Assembly (NCBI GenBank): GCA_045576675.1
Contig: JAZNGX010000002.1
Location: 5,170 to 69,169 of the forward strand
DNA from: Clostridia bacterium
GTDB lineage: Bacteria > Bacillota > Clostridia > Monoglobales > Firm-18
Reading direction: 5' to 3'
Length of the DNA stretch: 64,000 nt
This document shows positions 58,434-64,000 of this stretch, one piece after another (positions within the stretch are counted from its first letter, which is position 1; every line of letters starts with the position of its first letter). Both the position numbers and the translations under genes were made by a program. Below the pieces are notes generated by a model, which did not search any database, was not told where the DNA came from, and worked only from the letters and a program-made list of their open reading frames with translations.

Positions 58434-58443
58434 ATGCAAAGAT

Positions 58444-58467
58444 GTCAAAAGACGAAAGTCTTTTAAC
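58444..58467 (+). promoter_or_regulatory. 5' UTR hairpin of rplM (possible L13 autoregulatory leader)
   Basis: AAAAGAC (58447-58453) pairs with GTCTTTT (58458-58464) around a GAAA tetraloop. The hairpin lies between the predicted TSS (about 58440) and the RBS AGGGAGG. Confidence 0.35.
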
Positions 58468-58494
58468 TTCGGCAGTAATAAGGGAGGTAAAATA

Positions 58495-58932
58495 ATGAGC
58501 ACATACATGGCAAAAGCTAATGAGCTTGAAAAACAATGGTATGTAATAGATGCAACAGATAAGCCTTTGGGTAGAGTTGCAACTGTTGCTGCAAGTATTT
58601 TAAGAGGTAAACATAAGCCAACATTTACTCCTCATGCAGATTGCGGAGAATATGTTATCATTATCAATGCAGATAAAGCAGTATTGACAGGTAATAAACT
58701 ACAGCAGAAAATGTGGTACCACTACACAGGCTGGGTTGGCGGAATGAAAGCCGTAAAGTACAGTGAATTAATGGCAACCCGTTCAGACAAAGCTATGGAA
58801 TTAGCTGTTTGGGGTATGCTTCCGCACAACACACTTGGCAGAGCTGCTATGAAGAGACTTCATATCTACAAGGGTGCTGAACACAAGCATGCAGCTCAAA
58901 ACCCGGTAAACTGGGACAGAGAAATTAAGTAA
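58495..58932 (+). CDS. rplM: 50S ribosomal protein L13
   Basis: The N terminus MSTYMAKANELEKQWYVIDATDKPLGRVA is canonical L13. AGGGAGG lies 7 nt upstream. Confidence 0.97.
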   Translation: MSTYMAKANELEKQWYVIDATDKPLGRVATVAASILRGKHKPTFTPHADCGEYVIIINADKAVLTGNKLQQKMWYHYTGWVGGMKAVKYSELMATRSDKAMELAVWGMLPHNTLGRAAMKRLHIYKGAEHKHAAQNPVNWDREIK

Positions 58933-58946
58933 GAAAGGTGATATAA

Positions 58947-59339
58947 ATGGCTGGTACATCATTTTACGGTACAGGAAGAAGAAAAAAATCAATAGCAAGA
59001 GTACGCCTTGTTCCCGGAACCGGCGTAATCACAATCAATAAACGTGATATCGACGATTACTTTGGTCTAGAAACATTAAAGCTAATCGTTCGTCAGCCAC
59101 TTGAGGCAATTGATGCAAGTGGTAAGTTTGACGTTATTGCAAACGTTACAGGCGGCGGTGTTACAGGTCAGGCTGGTGCTATCAGACACGGTATTGCAAG
59201 AGCATTACTAGAGGCTGATGCTGAAAACAGACCTGCACTTAAGAAGGCTGGTTACTTAACACGTGATCCTCGTATGAAGGAACGTAAGAAGTACGGTTTG
59301 AAGGCTGCTCGTCGTGCACCACAGTTCTCAAAGAGATAA
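58947..59339 (+). CDS. rpsI: 30S ribosomal protein S9
   Basis: [12 protein letters not shown] is present, with the C-terminal [18 protein letters not shown]. Confidence 0.97.
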   Translation: MAGTSFYGTGRRKKSIARVRLVPGTGVITINKRDIDDYFGLETLKLIVRQPLEAIDASGKFDVIANVTGGGVTGQAGAIRHGIARALLEADAENRPALKKAGYLTRDPRMKERKKYGLKAARRAPQFSKR

Positions 59340-59387
59340 TTACTTTTCTTTTTGGAATTGCGAAAAAATTATTCAAAAAATATTTGT

Positions 59388-59417
59388 CCAATTAGTTCAT
59401 ATTTATGAATTAATTGG
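59388..59417. promoter_or_regulatory. 30-bp near-perfect palindrome overlapping the candidate promoter of the yabE-like gene
   Basis: CCAATTAGTTCATA, then tt, then TATGAATTAATTGG; the arms are complementary at 13 of 14 positions. TATAAT at 59419-59424 follows immediately, and TTCATA (59396-59401) is the -35 at 17 nt. Confidence 0.45.
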
Positions 59418-59506
59418 ATATAATATTAATACGGACAATGTGTCCGAAAAAAGCGGTGTAGGTTTGAAGTTTTAGGATTTACACCCGAAAAATTTAGGAG
59501 GTTATC

Positions 59507-60580
59507 ATGCGACTGATAGACAAAGTCGTAAACAGATACTCCGCATGGCGTTTAACTGCATTTGTTCTTGTTGCAGTTGTCATGGTGACGCAGTTTGTCA
59601 CTGGAGTGGTTTACGCAATGTCAAAACAGGTTAGCATCGTTGACAGTCTTAACGAACAAATTAATATTGAGACTTATGCAAGCAACGTAGCCGATGTTTT
59701 GGCTCAAAAGGGAATTACCCTTGAGGATGGAGATGAGGTTACACCCGGTCTTGGCGACAGAGTTTGTGACGGCGGTGTGATTACTATTTCCAGAGCAAAG
59801 AGTATTACGCTGATTGACGGCGATAATTCCTTTGAGAAACGAACTGCAAAGAAAACTGTAAAAGAGGTTTTTGAACAGTTTGTCGGTGACAAAGAAAACG
59901 GCACAGTAGTCAATGCCGATTTGGATGACGAAGTGTACGAAGGTATGGTTATAGAAATTGCATATCTTTCAGAAGAGCTTTTGTGTGTTGAAACACAAAC
60001 AGCCTTCAAAACAGTAAGAAATGCTACCTCAAGGCTTTCTTCAGGTGTTACCGAGATTAAGCAGGAGGGGCAAAACGGATTAACAAAAGACACATATAAG
60101 GTGTATTACTTAAACGGTGAAGAGTATTCCCGTGAGTTAATCAAAAGAGTTGTTGAAAAACAGCCTGTTGATGAAATTGTAGAGTATGGTGCATCAGCAG
60201 GGCAGCTTACTTACCAGAGTGGTTCAATTGTATCACGTTCAGGTGGTGAGTTCAGATACAGATCATACATTGACGTTAGTGCAACAGCTTATGATTTAAG
60301 CTATGAAAGCTGTGGTAAAAATCCCGGTGACAGAGGATATGGTATTACAGCATCCGGTATGAGAGCACAGTATGGCGTTGTTGCCGTTGACCCAAGAGTT
60401 ATTCCTTTAGGAACACGATTGTATATTGAAGCAGTTGACGGTTCATGGGTTTATGGTAATGCTATTGCCGGCGATACAGGTGGTGCTATTAAGGGTAACA
60501 AGATTGACTTGTTCTTTAATACACGTCAGGAATGTATGAATTTCGGCAGAAGAACAGCTCGTGTATACATTTTAGAGTAA
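59507..60580 (+). CDS. YabE-like cell-wall protein (N-terminal anchor, DUF348 repeats, G5 domain, C-terminal 3D/RlpA-like domain)
   Basis: A TM anchor is followed by DUF348-like segments (V....G.TL...D.V.P) and a G5-like region (TEIKQEGQNGLTKDTYKV). The C-terminal 3D domain reads ATAYD...G.TASG....GVVAVDP.VIPLGT.LYIE.....GDTGGAIKGNKIDLF. Confidence 0.85.
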   Translation: MRLIDKVVNRYSAWRLTAFVLVAVVMVTQFVTGVVYAMSKQVSIVDSLNEQINIETYASNVADVLAQKGITLEDGDEVTPGLGDRVCDGGVITISRAKSITLIDGDNSFEKRTAKKTVKEVFEQFVGDKENGTVVNADLDDEVYEGMVIEIAYLSEELLCVETQTAFKTVRNATSRLSSGVTEIKQEGQNGLTKDTYKVYYLNGEEYSRELIKRVVEKQPVDEIVEYGASAGQLTYQSGSIVSRSGGEFRYRSYIDVSATAYDLSYESCGKNPGDRGYGITASGMRAQYGVVAVDPRVIPLGTRLYIEAVDGSWVYGNAIAGDTGGAIKGNKIDLFFNTRQECMNFGRRTARVYILE

Positions 60581-60585
60581 TTAAA

Positions 60586-60629
60586 AATAACAGGTATATC
60601 GTTTTCGATGTACCTGTTATTTCTTTTTT
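60586..60629. terminator. Strong bidirectional terminator between the yabE-like gene (+) and AraC regulator (-)
   Basis: A 16 bp stem pairs AATAACAGGTATATCG (60586-60601) with CGATGTACCTGTTATT (60606-60621), with a TTTT loop and a following T run. The right arm overlaps the last codons of the minus-strand AraC gene. Confidence 0.8.
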
Positions 60630-61426
60630 GGTGATTCATCAAATTTTTTAATGTACGCTCTGTAAAATGATGAGTAATCATTAAAGCCGCAGGCGTAACA
60701 CGCCTTTGTTGGAGTAATGCCTGAGTAAATCATTTCGCGGGCTGTGAGTAGTCTTTTTGATGTAACATATTGCCAGACGCTTGAGCCTGTTGCAGATTTG
60801 AAAATCTTACAAAGCTGGGATTTGCTTATATAATGCTTTTCACATATTCCGTCAAGCGTAAGATTTGAGTAAAGATTCTGATTGATATCATTAATAATTC
60901 TGTATACAGGTGTGTCAGTATTTATGTATCCATTATTTTGCTTTTTCTCAAAAAGCGGTTTTATTTCCAAAAGCAAAAGGATTAAGTTTGAAATTATATT
61001 AAGTCTTTTTTCCGATGTATCTCTTAACAGATTGCTTGTTATTGAATTGTAAGCATCGCAATCAAATTCTGATTTGTGATATACGTTGAACATTCCGGCT
61101 TCGCGATTGGTATATGGCTGCATAAGAACATTGCCTCTGTCAACAGAAGAAAATAAAGATTCACGAAAGTGCAGTGCAAAACGTTCATAAGGGTAATTAC
61201 TGTCTATTTCAATATAGTGCGACTCGGCACGCCTGAACAGCACAATGTCACCAGGAGTCATTGAATAGCTTGAGCCTTCAACGTGGAATGTACCCTTACC
61301 ACTAATAAAAATACATAGTTCGGCATAGTCGTGCTGATGTGTTATAAAATCCTCTGGTTTTGGTTTGTAATCACAAGTGTGATGACAGTAAATTTCATCA
61401 TCCTTATATAATACTATTTCTGACAT
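60617..61426 (-). CDS. AraC family transcriptional regulator (cupin plus HTH), divergent from uxuA
   Basis: The cupin N terminus (HQHDYAELCIFISG...GDIVLF) is followed by a C-terminal AraC HTH (ISKSQLCKIFK...GFNDYSSFYRAYIKKF). The start is ATG at 61426. Confidence 0.85.
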   Translation of the reverse strand: MSEIVLYKDDEIYCHHTCDYKPKPEDFITHQHDYAELCIFISGKGTFHVEGSSYSMTPGDIVLFRRAESHYIEIDSNYPYERFALHFRESLFSSVDRGNVLMQPYTNREAGMFNVYHKSEFDCDAYNSITSNLLRDTSEKRLNIISNLILLLLEIKPLFEKKQNNGYINTDTPVYRIINDINQNLYSNLTLDGICEKHYISKSQLCKIFKSATGSSVWQYVTSKRLLTAREMIYSGITPTKACYACGFNDYSSFYRAYIKKFDESPKKK

Positions 61427-61543
61427 AAATATCACCAATTAAATATTATCATATAATAAGAATTTTTGCAATGTATTTTTATAATTTTTACAATTCATTG
61501 TAATAATTCTTTTTGTATAATTGATATATAAGGAGGGATAGAT

Positions 61544-62584
61544 ATGAAGCTGACTTTCAGGTGGTATGGTCAGGATGATCCTGTAACACCGGAAAAGATT
61601 TCTCAGATTCCTACAATGACGGGTGTGGTGTCTGCGGTTTATGACGTTAAGCCCGGTGGAATATGGAGCAATGAGAGTATTAACAGAATTAAGGAAGCCG
61701 CAAACAAACACAATCTTGCGTTTGAGGTTGTTGAAAGTGTTCCTGTGCCTGAAGATATTAAACTCGGCAATGAAAAAGCACCTGAGCTTATAGAAAATTA
61801 TTGTGAAAATATAAGACGGCTTGGTAAAGCAGGAGTAAAATGTATTTGTTATAATTTTATGCCTGTTTTTGATTGGTTGAGAAGCGAGCTTGAGCATCAG
61901 CAGCCAGATGGTGCAAATGCTTTGGCGTATGATGAAGAAACTGTTCTTGCAATGGACCCGCTTAAGGGAGAGCTTTCGTTACCAGGATGGGATGCCAGCT
62001 ATACAAAAGAAGGCTTGCGTGATTTGCTTAATGAATATTCAAAGATTGATGAAGAACGGTTGTGGCATAATCTCGAAACATTTTTAAAGGCAGTTATTCC
62101 TGTTGCAAAGGAAAGCGGAATTAATATGGCGATACATCCGGATGATCCGCCGTGGGGAATATTTGGCTTGCCGAGAATAATAACAAACAGAGATAACATA
62201 AAGCGTATGTTTGATATTGTGCCTGAAATTAATAACGGACTTACACTATGTACAGGCTCTTTGGGTGCAAATCCTGAAAATGACCTTGTTGCAATGGCTG
62301 AGGAATTTGCTGATAGAATTCATTTTGTCCATTTAAGAAATATTAAATATACAGGTAACAGAAGATTTGAAGAGGTGGGGCATCCAACGCAGTGTGGTTC
62401 AATAGATATGTATGGAATTGCAAAAGCTCTTGTTAAATCGGGCTTTGACGGCTATGTAAGACCTGACCACGGAAGAATGATCTGGGGCGAAAAAGGTCGT
62501 TATGGTTATGGCTTGTATGACAGGGCTCTTGGTGCAACATACCTTGCAGGCATATTTGAGGCTTTGGAAAAGGAGTACAGATAA
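61544..62584 (+). CDS. uxuA: Mannonate dehydratase
   Basis: The N terminus MKLTFRWYG is the family hallmark. Length is 346 aa, and AAGGAGGG lies 6 nt upstream. Confidence 0.92.
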   Translation: MKLTFRWYGQDDPVTPEKISQIPTMTGVVSAVYDVKPGGIWSNESINRIKEAANKHNLAFEVVESVPVPEDIKLGNEKAPELIENYCENIRRLGKAGVKCICYNFMPVFDWLRSELEHQQPDGANALAYDEETVLAMDPLKGELSLPGWDASYTKEGLRDLLNEYSKIDEERLWHNLETFLKAVIPVAKESGINMAIHPDDPPWGIFGLPRIITNRDNIKRMFDIVPEINNGLTLCTGSLGANPENDLVAMAEEFADRIHFVHLRNIKYTGNRRFEEVGHPTQCGSIDMYGIAKALVKSGFDGYVRPDHGRMIWGEKGRYGYGLYDRALGATYLAGIFEALEKEYR

Positions 62585-63405
62585 TGAAAACAATTGTAAT
62601 TACCGGTGCAGGAGGAGTGCTTTGTTCATACTTTGCAAAGCATCTTGCAGGTTTGGGAAATAAGGTTGCATTGCTTGATATAAATGAAGAAGCAGTAATT
62701 AAGGTTGCGGCAGATATTAATGCTGATGGCGGAACTGCAAAAGGCTATAAGTGTAATGTTCTTGACCGCATTAGTATCGAAGCTGTGCATAAAGATATTC
62801 TAAATGATTTCGGAAAGTGTGACATACTGATTAATGGTGCCGGTGGTAACAATCCAAAGTGCACAACATTGCACGAGGAATTTGAACCGGGTGATGAGCT
62901 TGAAAAAGATTTTCTAACATTCTTTAACATAGACGAATCAGGCTTTGATTTTGTGTTTGATTTGAATTTGAAGGGTGTACTTTTGCCAAGTCAGGTGTTT
63001 ATGACTGATATGATTGGCAGAAAGGGTTGTTGTGTTCTTAATATATCTTCAATGAATGCATACAGACCTCTTACTAAAATTCCGGCATATTCTGCGGCAA
63101 AGGCAGCAGTAAGTAACTTTACTCAATGGCTTGCAGTGCATTTTGCAAAGCAGGGAATTCGTGTAAATGCGATTGCACCGGGATTCTTTGTGACAAATCA
63201 GAATAAAGCTTTGCTCTTTAATGATGATGGAAGTCCTACACCACGCACAAATAAAATCCTTGCGGCAACACCTATGGGTCGTTTTGGTGAGGCTGAGGAA
63301 CTTCTTGGTACTGTTGAATGGCTTTTAAACAACGAAAAATCAGCGTTTGTAACAGGTGTAACAGTTCCTGTTGACGGAGGTTTTTCTGCATATTCCGGAG
63401 TGTAA
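62584..63405 (+). CDS. SDR family oxidoreductase, probable D-mannonate (fructuronate) oxidoreductase
   Basis: It has TGAGGVLC (Rossmann), NGAGG and a YxxxK site (YSAAKAAV). Its start overlaps the uxuA stop. Confidence 0.75.
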   Translation: MKTIVITGAGGVLCSYFAKHLAGLGNKVALLDINEEAVIKVAADINADGGTAKGYKCNVLDRISIEAVHKDILNDFGKCDILINGAGGNNPKCTTLHEEFEPGDELEKDFLTFFNIDESGFDFVFDLNLKGVLLPSQVFMTDMIGRKGCCVLNISSMNAYRPLTKIPAYSAAKAAVSNFTQWLAVHFAKQGIRVNAIAPGFFVTNQNKALLFNDDGSPTPRTNKILAATPMGRFGEAEELLGTVEWLLNNEKSAFVTGVTVPVDGGFSAYSGV

Positions 63406-63449
63406 ATAAAATGAGCTGTCGGTTTGATACTGACAGCTCTGTGCTTTTT
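63404..63449. terminator. Candidate bidirectional terminator between the SDR gene (+) and the partial minus-strand gene
   Basis: GAGCTGTC (63413-63420) pairs with GACAGCTC (63432-63439). It is flanked by an A-rich tract on the left and T5 on the right. Confidence 0.55.
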
Positions 63450-64000
63450 AATATCTGTATTTTTCTCTGAAATTTCTGAATCTGTGGTATGTAATTGCAT
63501 TTGCATTATGGAACGAACCTGCATTGTTCATCGCTGTGCGTACTGCAGCCACAATGTCATCACCATCTATAAACCAGGTTGGATACTGAAGACCTGCGTG
63601 CCAATTGTCCTCGTGCCACTCCAAATCTTCAAGATTAATCAAATCACGTTCAACCTTCCAATGCTCAAGGTCGTAAGAACTGAACAAAGAAAGGACGTTT
63701 CGTTGCCATATTTTGTTGGTCGTCATTCTGTTAAGAAGTGCGTAATACAAATCAGTTTGTTCATCGTATCTGATATAGAATTTTGAAAACGTTCCGTTAA
63801 ATGGTATTATTTTTTTGAATTCTAATGGAGCTGAAGGGTTTTCTGTGTTTACTTTAAGTATTATTGCTTTGATTTTTGTTCCATCAGCTTCAGGGATATC
63901 ATACCGATGTGAGTTATATCTTAAAATCATAACAAGCTCACCATCACGGTTTAAAAGAATATTACCCTCTTCAAACATACACGGCCCCCAAGGCTCGCCA
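63448..64000 (-). CDS. Hypothetical protein, C-terminal part only (possibly a beta-propeller/glycosidase-like protein)
   Basis: The reading frame stays open beyond the ORF-track Met (63978) to the window edge (..GEPWGPCMFEEG..). I recognise no motif. The context next to uxuAB suggests a role in sugar metabolism. Confidence 0.35.
   Translation of the reverse strand, partial: GEPWGPCMFEEGNILLNRDGELVMILRYNSHRYDIPEADGTKIKAIILKVNTENPSAPLEFKKIIPFNGTFSKFYIRYDEQTDLYYALLNRMTTNKIWQRNVLSLFSSYDLEHWKVERDLINLEDLEWHEDNWHAGLQYPTWFIDGDDIVAAVRTAMNNAGSFHNANAITYHRFRNFREKYRY

Noticed and set aside
58405-58494. The ORF-track start of rplM at 58405, giving a 175 aa protein.
   Set aside because: The extra 30 codons cover the TTGACA-17-TAGAAT promoter and the leader hairpin. 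The canonical L13 N terminus starts at ATG 58495, behind AGGGAGG.
58254-58508. The ORF-track N-terminal extension of the ttcA-like gene (85 extra residues).
   Set aside because: The extension translates the intergenic repeat and promoter region into a low-complexity L/F/S-rich peptide. The conserved TtcA N terminus (..AVRRALTDFNMIEDGD..SGGKDS) begins at 58262 or 58253, with an RBS just upstream.
59425-59506. A possible c-di-AMP (ydaO-type) riboswitch upstream of the DUF348-G5-3D cell-wall gene.
   Set aside because: That riboswitch class often precedes such genes. However, the leader here is only about 76 nt with two simple hairpins. It is too short for the pseudo-symmetric ydaO fold, and I cannot find its conserved cores. 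An Infernal scan would settle it.
61439-61897. A 152 aa minus-strand ORF directly abutting the AraC ORF and overlapping the uxuA 5' end.
   Set aside because: It runs through the AT-rich divergent promoter region and the well-supported uxuA start. It has no RBS or motif. A stop codon separates it from the AraC frame, so it is not an N-terminal extension.
1-64000. A search for mobile elements, prophage remnants, defence systems, toxin-antitoxin pairs, tRNA/rRNA genes, and large direct or inverted repeats.
   Set aside because: I recognised no integrase, transposase, reverse transcriptase, nuclease-helicase defence architecture, cloverleaf-type sequence or long repeat. Composition and gene density look uniform. 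A proper repeat or tRNA scan (tRNAscan-SE, Infernal, self-BLAST) would be needed to exclude short elements.

Overview
This window is 64 kb of low-GC Firmicutes (Clostridia-like) chromosome, almost entirely core and housekeeping. I call about 66 protein genes. Roughly 50 are co-oriented on the + strand from 6.8 to 51.3 kb in long, often translationally coupled strings: yceD-rpmF; DUF512-der-plsY-gpsA-SBP; proS-HD-HAD-luxS-nifS-thiI-cinA-recA-recX-rimO-pgsA-plsX-prsA-like; acpP-rnc-rSAM-smc-ftsY-UPF0182; priA-def-fmt-rsmB-(4 extra genes)-rlmN-stp-prkC-rsgA-rpe-thiN; serC-serA; nth; mgsA. A short minus-strand block holds radical-SAM pair-DUF1294-kdgK, followed by a SpoIVFB-like protease, rplM-rpsI and a yabE-like gene. 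Two small AraC-linked sugar modules sit at the edges: GH3 plus GH28-like at 2.6-6.7 kb, and uxuA-uxuB at 60.6-63.4 kb. I recognise no rRNA, tRNA, CRISPR array, transposase, integrase, prophage or known defence genes. I do not see a convincing stand-alone novel multi-gene system. The best leads are conserved-unknown modules and some regulatory architecture visible in the sequence. The modules are a pseudo-dimeric P-loop protein (49.8 kb), the TIGR03960/TIGR03936-like radical-SAM pair with DUF1294 (52.4-55.1 kb), a 4-gene insertion with a membrane-anchored ComEC-type MBL hydrolase plus DUF3006 inside the rsmB-rlmN-prkC operon (38.9-40.9 kb), UPF0182 and DUF512. The regulatory features are 21-bp phased direct repeats at an AraC promoter, 10-nt phased A-tract repeats upstream of rplM, a promoter nested in a terminator at priA, a promoter placed for a leaderless yceD mRNA, and a 30-bp palindrome on the yabE-like promoter. 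All functional calls rest on motifs read from the translations and remembered family knowledge. No searches were run.
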